32,000 bases of DNA from Nitrososphaerota archaeon. Its GTDB lineage: Archaea; Thermoproteota; Nitrososphaeria_A; Caldarchaeales; Calditenuaceae. The position numbers were made by a program, and so were the translations under genes. The stretch is taken from assembly GCA_038741355.1 (NCBI GenBank), contig JAVYLC010000010.1, positions 6,212-38,211 on the forward strand, given 5' to 3'. Under the pieces are notes generated by a model, which ran no database searches, had not been told where the DNA came from, and was given only the letters and a program-made list of their open reading frames with translations. This document shows positions 1-9,264 of the stretch, one piece after another; the first letter of the stretch is position 1; each line of letters begins with the position of its first letter.

Positions 1-368
1 AGGGGGACCCTGAAGATGTGTTTGAGGGCTATTCCGGCATATGCTACGAGCCAGTCGTGTGCATGGATAATGGAGGGCCTCTGCAACACGCTCTTCAGCA
101 GTCCGCAGGCGTAGTCCAGCATGTTTACGTTCATCATAGAGATCCAAGAGGCGAAGTCTGGCGCCGGATATTTGTAGGAGTCTATGCGGTAGATGTTCAC
201 GCCATCTACTCTTTCCCGCTCTGCTGCTCCAGGAAAGTCTAGGGTCAGGACATGCACTTCAACCCCTTTTCTACTTAGCTCGACTGAGAGGTCATGAACG
301 TGGGCTGCCAGCCCTCCAACGATTCTAGGCGGAAACTCCCAGCTAAGCATTAGTACGCTGAGTCTCAT
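1..368 (-). CDS. Glycosyltransferase family 4 (GT-B fold), N-terminal part only; the gene runs off the left edge
   Basis: Absent from the ORF track because it is open at the edge. A reverse-strand ATG at 368-366 gives MRLSVLMLSWEFPPRIVGGLAAHVHDLSVELSRKGVEVHVLTLDF...IIHAHDWLVAYAG. The WE[FY]PP.IVGGL N-terminus and HxHDW block are typical of GT4/glycogen-synthase-like enzymes and are paralogous to 1359..2606. The start directly abuts the stop (369-371) of the upstream gene. Confidence 0.7.
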   Translation of the reverse strand, partial: MRLSVLMLSWEFPPRIVGGLAAHVHDLSVELSRKGVEVHVLTLDFPGAAERERVDGVNIYRIDSYKYPAPDFASWISMMNVNMLDYACGLLKSVLQRPSIIHAHDWLVAYAGIALKHIFRVP

Positions 369-980
369 TTAGCGACCCACTAGGGTGTTGTAGAGTTGCA
401 GGACACTGTCCTCCCAGTCCGGAGACGAGGGGTTGGCTACTGCGACCACGTCCCTGTCTAAGGACAGGGTGTTCATGACCTCTTTTAGCATCCACTCATC
501 CCTGACTAATAAGAAGTCGCACTCGCGGACCATGTGCCATTCTATTGTCCTTATGCAAGAGCTGAGCGGTGAGTTGGGGTTGAGGGACCTATGCTGCTCT
601 ATGCTGTAGAGGGAGGCTATCCATGGGATGTTTAGGGCTTTTTTCAGTGCTAAAGAGGCTGGGGCGAAGTGCCAGTCATGGGTGTGGAGTATCATTCTGT
701 CTGATTCTGAGTGATAGATGTCGGCGACCACTCTAGCAGCCTCAACATTTACGCTCACTATCCATGTTATGATTGTGGAGTGGGGGGCGACCGGGCTGGT
801 TATTCTCGTTATCCTAAAGTTTGGTGCAGACTCCTCAACATAGTACTTGGCGTCACTAATTGTCACTAGTTCAATTTTCAACCCCTTTTTTCTGAGCCTC
901 TCTATCTGGGACTGGACTAACCACGCCAGCTCACCCACAATGCGGGGCGGATATTCCCAAGATAGAAAAACAACCCTCAT
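369..980 (-). CDS. GT4-like protein with the N-terminal Rossmann half only (203 aa, no C-terminal catalytic half)
   Basis: Reads MRVVFLSWEYPPRIVGELAWLV...ILHTHDWHFAPASLAL, the same N-terminal signature as the two neighbouring GT4 genes. The ORF ends after about 200 aa and the next gene starts at the adjacent base. Confidence 0.6.
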   Translation of the reverse strand: MRVVFLSWEYPPRIVGELAWLVQSQIERLRKKGLKIELVTISDAKYYVEESAPNFRITRITSPVAPHSTIITWIVSVNVEAARVVADIYHSESDRMILHTHDWHFAPASLALKKALNIPWIASLYSIEQHRSLNPNSPLSSCIRTIEWHMVRECDFLLVRDEWMLKEVMNTLSLDRDVVAVANPSSPDWEDSVLQLYNTLVGR

Positions 981-989
981 CCTGCAACC

Positions 990-1253
990 CTATGTATATA
1001 TCGAGCAGACCCTTATCACTCCTTTCCCGGTGAGATAGAAGCTAACCGCGCCCTCTCCCCGCCTAGTACTCGCGACGTAGCCGTCAGATTCGAGCATCCT
1101 CAAAATCTCCTCAACCCGCGCCTTATCTAGGGCTAGCGCCGTGGAGAGCTCCCCAACCTCCACCGCCTTCTCCTCATCTACGTAGCCCATGTTGTGTAAG
1201 AATGTTAAGAGGAGGGTTGACTCGTCCTTCCCGGGAGTCATACCGGCCGCCAA
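990..1253 (-). CDS. Small winged-helix-like DNA-binding protein (hypothetical)
   Basis: 87-aa ORF with a TTG start at 1253 and an alternative ATG at 1241. The segment ELSTALALDKARVEEILRMLESDGYVAS...FYLTGKG looks like an HTH plus wing. It lies 9 nt upstream of the half-GT gene on the same strand. Confidence 0.5.
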   Translation of the reverse strand: MAAGMTPGKDESTLLLTFLHNMGYVDEEKAVEVGELSTALALDKARVEEILRMLESDGYVASTRRGEGAVSFYLTGKGVIRVCSIYT

Positions 1254-1358
1254 CCATAGTCTCGATAATACTTAAGCATATGCACAGTATTATTAAGGCG
1301 CCACACGCCCGTGGGCGTGATATCTACTTTAAACAGGAAAAAAGGGATAAGTGCTTGG

Positions 1359-2606
1359 ATGAGGATTGCGTTCGTAACTTGGGAGTATCCCCCTCTGATT
1401 GTAGGGGGTCTGGGCACATACTCCTACTATATGACCATGTGGATGTCTAGGCTTGGGCATGAGGTGGAGGTTTATGCCCCTCTTCCCTCAAGCCCTCAGC
1501 CTCCAGCCGTAGAGGTGGAAAAAGTCGAGGTGAACTGGGTTGAGTTGCCCGACCTCTCGGCAGGGTTGAGGCACGTAGTAAATGATGAGGTGAGGGGGTG
1601 GGGTGAGGGCCTCAAGTTCGTCAGCGACGTTATTACATTTAACGCTGCTGTTTCGTCAAGACTGGCTTCGAAGGTTTTAAGAGGGGGGTTCGATATTTTG
1701 GCATTTAACGACTGGCTTTGCGCCCTCTCAGGCATCTCTCTATCCAACCTAGGCAGAGTGCCAACGGCCTATCATGTCCACTCCACAGAGTGGGGTAGGG
1801 CAATGGGTAAGGGGTCTAGAACAGTCTCCGAGATTGAGCGGCTCGGTGCAGAATGTGCATCAATAATAATCACAGTGAGCAACGCGATGAAGGATGACCT
1901 ACAAGTACATAGCTGGCCGGCGGATAAAATACGCGTTGTATGGAATGGCGTCGACCCTGAGGTCTATAACCCCTCAACATTAGACCACCAAGACAGAGAG
2001 AGCCTTAGGGCGCGATATGGAATAGGCAGTGATGAAAACATGATCCTCTTTGTTGGACGCCTAGTACATGTCAAGGGTGTTGAAGAGCTTGTTCAAGCCA
2101 TGCCACATATTTTGAGCGAGTTTCCTAAAACGAAGCTCGTCATCCTGGGTAAGGGGGAGATGGAGGGTGAGCTCCAGAGTCTCATCAGAGACCTCGGGTT
2201 GAAGGACCGGGTTATTCTAAGGGCCGAGTTTGTATCTGAGCGTGAGAGGATTCTACACTACGCCGCCGCGGACGTCTGCGTATTCCCATCCCTCTATGAA
2301 CCCTTCGGTATAGTGAGTCTCGAGGCCATGGCCATGGAGAAGCCTGTCGTGGTCGGTGCGAGGGGGGTTGTAGGGTTCAGGGAACAGGTTGTTCCATCAG
2401 GGGAAAATCAGTGTGGGATGCATGTGGATGGCTCAAACCCACTCGACATCGCCTGGGGAGTGAAGGAGGTTTTGAGGGACCCCGACCGCGCAAGACGGAT
2501 GGGGCGTAACGGCAGGAAGAGGGTGCTCGAAGAGTTTACGTGGCGGCGGGCAGCTGAGAAGACTTTAGAAGTTTACAGCCAGCTAGTACAAGTTCAGAGG
2601 GCCTAA
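1359..2606 (+). CDS. Glycosyltransferase family 4 (glycogen-synthase-like)
   Basis: The track ORF is 1311..2606. The ATG at 1359 gives MRIAFVTWEYPPLIVGGLGTY, and a TATA-like tttaaac at 1328-1334 fits a leaderless start there. The C-terminal half has the GT4 signature FPSLYEPFGIVSLEAMAMEKPVV. Confidence 0.85.
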   Translation: MRIAFVTWEYPPLIVGGLGTYSYYMTMWMSRLGHEVEVYAPLPSSPQPPAVEVEKVEVNWVELPDLSAGLRHVVNDEVRGWGEGLKFVSDVITFNAAVSSRLASKVLRGGFDILAFNDWLCALSGISLSNLGRVPTAYHVHSTEWGRAMGKGSRTVSEIERLGAECASIIITVSNAMKDDLQVHSWPADKIRVVWNGVDPEVYNPSTLDHQDRESLRARYGIGSDENMILFVGRLVHVKGVEELVQAMPHILSEFPKTKLVILGKGEMEGELQSLIRDLGLKDRVILRAEFVSERERILHYAAADVCVFPSLYEPFGIVSLEAMAMEKPVVVGARGVVGFREQVVPSGENQCGMHVDGSNPLDIAWGVKEVLRDPDRARRMGRNGRKRVLEEFTWRRAAEKTLEVYSQLVQVQRA

Positions 2607-3538
2607 CTCGAGGTCAATACCTCACAACCATCCTCATAGACTATTACTGTGTGCTCTGCTTGGGAGACTGGTGCCCCGCTCTTCTCTACTAGTACAGGGT
2701 AGCCGAAAACCAGTCCGCGCCTGTATAGGCGTGGGTGGAGCGATACTGTCCGCTCGCTCAACCACCTAGTAGTATAGGGAAGCCCGCGCGAGACTGTGGC
2801 AATTTCTCTCAGCGCCTCCTGCTCTTCTTGGCTAAGGCCTTTAGCTTTTCTGGAGGCTTCTCTGAGCGAGAAAATGTTCACAGTCTTAGTGTTTATTACT
2901 AGGCCTGGCGCCTCCTGTAAGGTTATGAAAGGCTCGATAGCGTATATATGTCCAGTCTCAAGCCTTTGCGACTCGCTTGCCGGGATATTCGGTATTGAGA
3001 TTCCTGCATGCAGGTTAAATCTTTTGATCTCATGCCCCGAGAGGTTGGCGATAGGTCTACACTTGTATCTCGTTGCAGTCTCGTAGACTATGCTTCCGAT
3101 CTCCCCTACCTTGACGCCATGCCTCAGAACGCTCACAGCATTCCTCAGGGCCTCCCGCGCAACATCCACCAAATAGCCGTGTGGGCTCCTAAGGTCTACG
3201 GATACGGCGGTGTCGACGATGTATCCGTCAAGATCCACCCCTATGTCCAGCTTCACCAGTGAGCCCGCCGGAATAATTGCGTCGTCACCGATGGTTGGGG
3301 TGAAGTGCGCGGCGACGGAGTCTATCCCGATATTACAGGGGAAAGCAGGCTTGGCTCCGAGTTCTCTGATTCTGGCCTCGACCCATTCGCATATCTGGAG
3401 AGACCGAACTCCCGGCCTAACTCTTAGAACCGCTTCCCTCAAGACAGAGGCGGCGATGGAGCCCGCCTGTCTCAGACGGTCTAACTCGTCAGAGCCTGGC
3501 TCCGAGACCATCCCCTCTGAGCCGCCCATGATGCTCAA
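2603..3538 (-). CDS. map: Methionine aminopeptidase, type 2 (archaeal)
   Basis: Metal-ligand blocks are present: AHFTP, DIGVDLDGYIVDTA, GHEI, FAIEPF and the C-terminal AQAEHTVIV. The TTG at 3538 overlaps the upstream stop (TTGA); an ATG alternative lies at 3529. Confidence 0.9.
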   Translation of the reverse strand: MSIMGGSEGMVSEPGSDELDRLRQAGSIAASVLREAVLRVRPGVRSLQICEWVEARIRELGAKPAFPCNIGIDSVAAHFTPTIGDDAIIPAGSLVKLDIGVDLDGYIVDTAVSVDLRSPHGYLVDVAREALRNAVSVLRHGVKVGEIGSIVYETATRYKCRPIANLSGHEIKRFNLHAGISIPNIPASESQRLETGHIYAIEPFITLQEAPGLVINTKTVNIFSLREASRKAKGLSQEEQEALREIATVSRGLPYTTRWLSERTVSLHPRLYRRGLVFGYPVLVEKSGAPVSQAEHTVIVYEDGCEVLTSS

Positions 3539-5217
3539 CCCCCCATGTTATATTCCTCTTGCCCAATCTCACGCCGAGGAGCCACGCCCGAGATTAACGC
3601 AGCCAACCAGTAGGTGACGGCCAGCGTGACTACAGCTAGGGCTAGTGAGTTGCTTCCACCCATTAGGATCGCGGGGATGCTGTACTCGCCTGACTCCAAC
3701 TCTACCGAATAGGGCCTCCCTGTGACGGGGTTTATCAGGGACTCGACGGGCGAGTAGTCATCTGTCAAGACCTTGTATTCGCTTAGGTCTGGTATCCTAC
3801 TCCACAGCCCTTTAACTACTAAAGACTCGAGCTCTAGGTTCCCCCACTTGGAAAGCGAGTCTAGAAGGTTGCAGTCCTCTTCTACGCAGGCGACGAGTAT
3901 GATGTTCTGGACTAGGGGAGCTCCCTGGTCGGAGGCCTTCACCACGTAAATCTTGGGGAAGACCAGACTCATAGTCCTATACGTGGACCAGAGAATCTCG
4001 GAAGTGTCGCCTGCGACTGAGGCGATTATGTTGCTTACCACTACACCGCCGCTCTCCAGCCTATCCCTCACCAGCCTGAAGAACTCGAGGGTCAGCATGT
4101 GATAGGGAATGTAGGTCTTCGCGTATGCGTCTATAATGATAGCGTCAAACCCTCTACCCATCCTCTGCAGAAAGACCCTGCCATCATCGATGTGGACGAT
4201 GAGCCTCTCATCGTCAGGTACATAGAAGTATTTTTTGGCTACTTCAACGACTATTGGGTCTATCTCCACCACCTCGACGGTAACGTTAGGATACTTGCTG
4301 AGAAAGTATTTGGGACCCGAGAACCCTCCCCCACCTATGAAGAGCACGTCATCTGCACCGCTGTTTAATGCAAGGGCCACTTCGAATAATTTGGTATACT
4401 TGAAGACTAATTCGTTTGGGTTTTTAAGACTCATGCCGCTGTGTGGGAGTCCATTAAGATATAGGACTTGGAGGTCATCGCTCTTGGCTACCACAAGGCT
4501 GTTGTATGGGGTTTCCCTCGACTCGACCACTTGGCCGGAGGCTGCGACCACCTGCCCACCCACAAGTCCCAGCGGGGAAATGAGGAATAGAAGAATTGCC
4601 GAGAAGGTAACCTTCGAGGAGGGGCCAAGCCTCACCATCGAGACCGCCATCAATGTTAAGCCAACTCCGAGAAAAATCGTGCGAACGTCTAATGTGGGGA
4701 TCAGGATGAAAACTGTTCCAAATGTTCCGAATATGCTCCCCAGCGTCGAGACAGCGTACAAGTATCCTGCACTGCTTCCAAGCTCCTTCAACTCACTCGT
4801 AGCCAGCTTGACCGCGAATGGCGATACCATCCCCAACAGTAAGTTAGATGGGGCCAAGAGGGTTAGGCTAGCGATTAGCGCCCCCCACCGCTCCTCCAAC
4901 CCAGCTGATAGCACTGCCTCGATACTTACAGGCGAGAGGAATGGGATTGAGATTGCGAGAATTCCCCCGGTGAAAACTATCGTGTCTAGGAGGCGGAGGT
5001 CGGGGCGAAGATCAGAGATCCTCCCACCCAAATAGTAGCCAGCTGCAAGAGACGATAGCACAACACCAATAATGCTTCCCCACACGAATACTGAGCTTCC
5101 AAAAACAGGTGTGAGAAGTCTGCTCCCAGCCAGCTCTATCACCATTACGGCAGCTCCAGCCAGGAATACCAGAGCTAATAACCTCACCCTTCTTAAACGC
5201 ATCCATCCGAACCTCAC
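3535..5217 (-). CDS. Membrane-fused spermidine/spermine-synthase-like aminopropyltransferase
   Basis: The N-terminal ~220 aa are strongly hydrophobic with several TM helices. The centre reads [16 protein letters not shown]...[18 protein letters not shown]...IDDGRVFL...FDAIIIDAY, a class I SAM-fold spermidine-synthase signature. There is a C-terminal TM segment. Confidence 0.8.
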   Translation of the reverse strand: MRFGWMRLRRVRLLALVFLAGAAVMVIELAGSRLLTPVFGSSVFVWGSIIGVVLSSLAAGYYLGGRISDLRPDLRLLDTIVFTGGILAISIPFLSPVSIEAVLSAGLEERWGALIASLTLLAPSNLLLGMVSPFAVKLATSELKELGSSAGYLYAVSTLGSIFGTFGTVFILIPTLDVRTIFLGVGLTLMAVSMVRLGPSSKVTFSAILLFLISPLGLVGGQVVAASGQVVESRETPYNSLVVAKSDDLQVLYLNGLPHSGMSLKNPNELVFKYTKLFEVALALNSGADDVLFIGGGGFSGPKYFLSKYPNVTVEVVEIDPIVVEVAKKYFYVPDDERLIVHIDDGRVFLQRMGRGFDAIIIDAYAKTYIPYHMLTLEFFRLVRDRLESGGVVVSNIIASVAGDTSEILWSTYRTMSLVFPKIYVVKASDQGAPLVQNIILVACVEEDCNLLDSLSKWGNLELESLVVKGLWSRIPDLSEYKVLTDDYSPVESLINPVTGRPYSVELESGEYSIPAILMGGSNSLALAVVTLAVTYWLAALISGVAPRREIGQEEYNMGG

Positions 5218-5301
5218 ATACCCCTTGATGAAATATCTATCCCCAACACCAGCCCTAAGCGCGATTGGTTTATATATCGTTTGAGGGGACTATCCCTGGA
5301 C

Positions 5302-6267
5302 TTGATATCTCTTACCCTCAGCCAGAGGGAAGCCCCCGGGCTCCGGATAGAGATTTACGAGGGGCTAACTGTCAAGCGAGGCTCTACACTAGTGAAGAGA
5401 GGCTTCGCCCACATGCTTAAACACGGCGTGGTCATGGATGTCACAAACGTTGAGCAGGCTCAGATAGCTGAGGATGCAGGAGCGGTAGGAGTCATGGTTC
5501 TGGACAAGCTGCCGTATGACGTTAGAAAGGCGGGAGGAGTCGCGAGGACCGCAAGCCTCAAGGTAATTGAGGATGTGTTAGACCACGTTACAATACCAGT
5601 CATGGCTAAATGTCGAATCGGACACAGTTGGGAGGCCAAGGTGCTCGAGGAGGCAGGAGTAGACATGATAGACGAGTCCGAGGTTTTAACCCCGGCTGAC
5701 GAGGAGAGACATATTTGGAAGTGGGACTTCACCACACCATTCGTCTGCGGAGCCCGCGACCTGGGTGAGGCTCTGCGGAGGATAGAGGAGGGTGCTTCGA
5801 TGATTAGGACGAAGGGCGAGCCTGGGACTGGAAACGTGGCGGAGGCTGTGAAGCATGTCAGGATTCTGAACAACGAGCTGAGGAAAATCGCTATCCTGTA
5901 TGAGGAGGGGGATGAGCAGGAGCTCATAAGGGCTGCCCGCGAGCTTAAAGTCTCATACGAGCTAGTCCTCGAGACTGCAAGGCTTAAGAGGCTCCCAGTC
6001 GTAAACTTCGCAGCCGGTGGAATAGCCACCCCAGCAGATGCTGCCCTAATGATGAGCTTGGGGTGCGACGGAGTGTTCGTCGGCTCAGGCATATTCAAGT
6101 CGTCAGACCCGAGGGCGAGGGCTGAGGCAATAGTCCTCGCAACCACCTACTGGGACAAGCCAGATATCGTCGCGGAGGCCCAGATGATGGTTGATGAGAC
6201 TAAGGCGATGGCTGGGCTTGACCTAAAGACACTTGAGCTGCGGATGCAGGAGAGGGGCACAGGATAG
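5302..6267 (+). CDS. pdxS: Pyridoxal 5'-phosphate synthase, lyase subunit PdxS
   Basis: Reads [53 protein letters not shown]...MAKCRIGH...[11 protein letters not shown]. The track ORF starts at TTG 5281, but that is only 5 nt after the TATA box tttatatat (5268-5276). The in-frame TTG at 5302 is therefore preferred; the start remains uncertain. Confidence 0.9.
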   Translation: MISLTLSQREAPGLRIEIYEGLTVKRGSTLVKRGFAHMLKHGVVMDVTNVEQAQIAEDAGAVGVMVLDKLPYDVRKAGGVARTASLKVIEDVLDHVTIPVMAKCRIGHSWEAKVLEEAGVDMIDESEVLTPADEERHIWKWDFTTPFVCGARDLGEALRRIEEGASMIRTKGEPGTGNVAEAVKHVRILNNELRKIAILYEEGDEQELIRAARELKVSYELVLETARLKRLPVVNFAAGGIATPADAALMMSLGCDGVFVGSGIFKSSDPRARAEAIVLATTYWDKPDIVAEAQMMVDETKAMAGLDLKTLELRMQERGTG

Positions 6268-6329
6268 ACGTTTAAAACGACCCGTAGAGCTAGAAATTGC
6301 TTATTAATTGGTAGTGTACTGTATGTGTC

Positions 6330-7073
6330 ATGCAAGTGTATAGAGCGTTAGTCATCGCTATCGTCGTGGCTGCTATCGCTTTTTCAAGCTTTGTGGCCGG
6401 CATGAGCTATGGCACGTATACTACCACCCTTGAATCGGAGAAGCTGTTGGCAAGTGAGAGGGAGAGGATAAGACAGCTAGAGGGAGAGCTGGCCTCAAAA
6501 CAATCAGAACTTGATTCCGCCCTTAACAACGTAGACAAGTTGGAAGCACTTTTAAATGAGACGAAGAGATTGCTTTCAGAGAGCGAGGAGCGCGTGGCAA
6601 CTCTTCAAACAACCCTCTCCAGCGAGCTTGAAAATTTGAGAAGAAGTAACGCAGACTTCTCGAGACGGTTAAGCGAGGTTGAAGCCCGTATGCTGCGCGT
6701 AGAGACACAGGTGAGAACCGTGTCACAGGCAATCCCAATCCTAAACCAGCTTAGAGGAGTGGAGAGACTAGGCCCTGACAGGAACGCCACAATCAACTAC
6801 TGGCTCGACATAAAGGGGCTTGTAGCATCCTTCGAGCCGGCACTAACACCATCCGTGGACAGGGTAATAAACAACGTAAACGGCCTATTCGACTATTACG
6901 ACTGGATTGAGAGGTATCCGGGTGAGAACGCCTCAGCTGAGGTGATAGTTGAGTGGCTATTGTCCCTGCCGCCCAGCTACCAGCAATACGTAAATGCGGT
7001 AAACCAGTTCATCGACGAGCTGCTTACCAGCCTAGCATCTAAATTATCCGCCCTTCGCGATAGCCTCAGCTGA
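6330..7073 (+). CDS. Hypothetical membrane-anchored coiled-coil protein
   Basis: It has an N-terminal TM helix (ALVIAIVVAAIAFSSFVAGMSYG), about 110 aa of heptad-like E/L/R-rich sequence, and then a globular tail. No family was recognised. Confidence 0.55.
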   Translation: MQVYRALVIAIVVAAIAFSSFVAGMSYGTYTTTLESEKLLASERERIRQLEGELASKQSELDSALNNVDKLEALLNETKRLLSESEERVATLQTTLSSELENLRRSNADFSRRLSEVEARMLRVETQVRTVSQAIPILNQLRGVERLGPDRNATINYWLDIKGLVASFEPALTPSVDRVINNVNGLFDYYDWIERYPGENASAEVIVEWLLSLPPSYQQYVNAVNQFIDELLTSLASKLSALRDSLS

Positions 7074-7445
7074 GCTGCACCTTCTCCCGACCCATGCCAC
7101 AGCAACCCCGCCCACCAACCCAACCACCAGCATCAAATACGCATTATACCTGTGAATCATCTCAACTAGCTCGAACAGCTCCAAATCAACCCGAAACAGC
7201 CCGAAGAGTATTAGCCCGAGTATCGCTTGAAGCAAGACAAGTATGAGAAGAATAGCTAGATATAAGATGGATACGCGTCTTCTTCGTGATGCTCGAAGAG
7301 CGTAGGCGGTCAACACCACTCCCGCCAAACCAATAGCCGCATGTATGTCTCTTAAGGCCCCCGCGACAAGCCCCAGCTCCCCCACTACGATCTGGACCAG
7401 CAGACCAACGGCTAGTAAGGGGGGAAGCACCGCCGAGGGTCTCAC
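7044..7445 (-). CDS. Hypothetical 4-TM membrane protein with two conserved-looking His residues
   Basis: The GTG start lies 2 nt after the MoaD-like stop. There are four hydrophobic helices, with His in DIHAAIG and MIHRYNAY. Its 3' end overlaps the convergent 6330..7073 ORF by 30 nt. Confidence 0.5.
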   Translation of the reverse strand: MRPSAVLPPLLAVGLLVQIVVGELGLVAGALRDIHAAIGLAGVVLTAYALRASRRRRVSILYLAILLILVLLQAILGLILFGLFRVDLELFELVEMIHRYNAYLMLVVGLVGGVAVAWVGRRCSSAEAIAKGG

Positions 7446-7447
7446 AT

Positions 7448-7729
7448 CTACCCACCGCTCACCGCTGGAAGGATTAAGACCTCGTCACCCTCCTGAAGCC
7501 TCGTGTCTAGCTCATGGTGGCCCAGACCCCTATCATTTACGTAGATGTTGATGTATCTCCTCAGCCGACCCTCCTCATCAAGCAGCCTCCTCCTAATCTC
7601 TGACCCATACTTCTTGGCCAGCTCCTCTATTACCGCCCTCACAGAGTCGGCCTCTACTATGAAATCCCTCTGGCCCCCGAGATAGTTTGCGAGGACGGCA
7701 GTGACTGTGACACGAACCTTTGGGGACAT
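7448..7729 (-). CDS. MoaD/ThiS-family ubiquitin-like small protein (archaeal MoaD/SAMP-like) with a C-terminal Gly-Gly
   Basis: 93 aa with a beta-grasp-like pattern. It ends ...EGDEVLILPAVSGG followed by the stop. A TATA-like tttatat lies about 35 nt upstream. Confidence 0.8.
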   Translation of the reverse strand: MSPKVRVTVTAVLANYLGGQRDFIVEADSVRAVIEELAKKYGSEIRRRLLDEEGRLRRYINIYVNDRGLGHHELDTRLQEGDEVLILPAVSGG

Positions 7730-7790
7730 CTTTAAAGGATTCCTGCGGAAGGGATGATATAAACCGTAAGGGGTTTTTGAGGATCTTTTC

Positions 7791-9020
7791 CTACTGTAGG
7801 TTCAAAGCCTTCTTCACACCGTCGAGTGTGGGCGGTATGATCCTGACGCGGGTGGGCTCAGGCTGAATCTCAACTGTCTTCAGCCCAGTGCCTGTGACAC
7901 AGCAGACGACCTCTTCATCCCTCCCAACCTCCCCCAGCTCTAGGAGCTTCTTAAGGGCTGCTACTGATATGGCGCCGCCAGGCTCCGCGAAGATGCCCTC
8001 AGTGGATGCCAGTAGCTGGACCGCCTCCAAGCACTCGTCATCGGTCAACGCGACTGCAGCCCCCCCGCTCTCCCTCAATACCTTCAGGGCCTGGTAGCCG
8101 TCTCCCGGGTCACCAATGGCGAGGCTCTGCACGATAGTGTAAGGATTTCTGACAAGCTCTATACGGTCGCCCCCCTCTCTGAAGGCTTTGACTATAGGCG
8201 AGCATCCAAGCGGCTGTGCACAGATCATGGCTACGCTACAATCACGTATCAGACCTGCCTGCTCTGCTTCACTGATCCCCTTAAATATTGATGATAGTAG
8301 GGCTCCACTCGCAGTCGGCACTATAATCCTGTCCGGTGCCCGCCAGCCCAGCTGCTCAGCGATCTCCAACCCCATTGTCTTCGACCCCTCCACATAATAC
8401 GGCCTCAGATTCACGTTGACTATGCCTATGCCGAGCCTATCGGCCGCGAGCGCTGCTAGTCTGTTGGCATCGTCATAGGTCCCCTGGACTAGTAGTATCT
8501 CAGCGCCGTAGAGTGCGGCCTGCTTAATTTTGGTTCTCTCAACGCTACTAGGCATGAAGACGTAGCATGGGAGCCCAGCAGCTGCAGCGTGGGCGGCCGT
8601 CGCCCCAGCCAGGTTGCCAGTGGAGGCACATCCAACAACGCCTATGCCGAACTCCCTAGCCTTTGAGACGGCTAGGCTTGAGGGCCTGTCCTTAAAACTG
8701 AACGTGGGGTTAACGGTGTCATTCTTTATGTAGATCTTTGTGACGCCCAGCTTTTTTGCGAGACGCTCCGCCCTTATCAGCGGTGTGTAGCCGGCGCCTA
8801 TGTCCACTTTCTTGGATGCGTCGAGGAGGGGTAGAAACTCCCAGTACCTCCACATAGACGGCGGCCGCGCCTCTATCACAGTTCTGCTCACAGAGTGTCT
8901 GTCAGGGCTGTACGCGGCTTCCAGCGCCCCAAAACACTCATCGCATACATGTGCAAGTACATGGCCGAAGGGTTTTCCGCACTCCCTACATCTTAGAAAC
9001 ACTTCCGCCTCGGATAGCAC
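7791..9020 (-). CDS. thrC: Threonine synthase (fold-type II PLP enzyme) with an N-terminal Zn ribbon
   Basis: The N-terminus CRECGKPF...CDECFGALE is a CxxC..CxxC ribbon. The PLP-lysine block is NPTFSFKDRPSS, and GCASTGNLAG and TGTGLK blocks are present. The GTG start lies ~32-38 nt downstream of the TATA tttatat (9052-9058, minus strand). Confidence 0.85.
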   Translation of the reverse strand: MLSEAEVFLRCRECGKPFGHVLAHVCDECFGALEAAYSPDRHSVSRTVIEARPPSMWRYWEFLPLLDASKKVDIGAGYTPLIRAERLAKKLGVTKIYIKNDTVNPTFSFKDRPSSLAVSKAREFGIGVVGCASTGNLAGATAAHAAAAGLPCYVFMPSSVERTKIKQAALYGAEILLVQGTYDDANRLAALAADRLGIGIVNVNLRPYYVEGSKTMGLEIAEQLGWRAPDRIIVPTASGALLSSIFKGISEAEQAGLIRDCSVAMICAQPLGCSPIVKAFREGGDRIELVRNPYTIVQSLAIGDPGDGYQALKVLRESGGAAVALTDDECLEAVQLLASTEGIFAEPGGAISVAALKKLLELGEVGRDEEVVCCVTGTGLKTVEIQPEPTRVRIIPPTLDGVKKALNLQ

Positions 9021-9225
9021 AGATCACCTGACCAGAATCCACTCAGCCAGGATATAAACTAGCTGGCTACCTAATACCAATACGTGGTGACCCGACGACT
9101 TGTGCAGCCTTTGCGGCTTGGACAAACGAGAAAGCGGTCAAGATGGGGTCAGAGTCGATCACCATACAGCGGCGGAGGAGGTACTGTCATAAAAATAGTT
9201 AATGTGTGAATTTTGAGGCAAGTAG

Positions 9226-9264
9226 AAAAAGGGGAGGGAGGCTGGCTGAGTGGTTTCCAGCCAG
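9226..9264 (-). terminator. Putative terminator: 7-bp stem hairpin followed by a C/T-rich tract and T5 (minus strand)
   Basis: On the minus strand this reads CTGGCTG-gaaaccact-CAGCCAG, then cctccctcccc, then TTTTT (plus-strand A5 at 9226-9230). It lies about 120 nt downstream of the 9384..9782 ORF. Confidence 0.3.

Noticed and set aside
18-242. A 74-aa plus-strand ORF at the left edge.
   Set aside because: It is antisense to the clearly GT4-like minus-strand frame that runs off the edge (1..368).
4235-5035. A 266-aa ORF antisense to the spermidine-synthase-like gene. Similar long antisense ORFs occur at 5460..6146, 12204..12650, 12689..13039, 13412..13759, 15185..15580, 16726..17127, 18434..18793, 18818..19141 and 21736..22254.
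   Set aside because: Each is fully embedded antisense in a gene with strong family motifs. They have S/P/R/T-rich low-complexity composition and no recognisable domains. Such shadow ORFs are expected at this GC content.
9039-9253. A 12-bp perfect inverted repeat (ccactcagccag at 9039-9050, ctggctgagtgg at 9242-9253), which might suggest MITE ends.
   Set aside because: There is no target-site duplication and only about 13 bp of match. My rough estimate is that a 12-mer inverted match within a few hundred bp is expected about once by chance in a 32-kb window. One arm is simply part of the terminator hairpin, and the other lies in the thrC 5' region.
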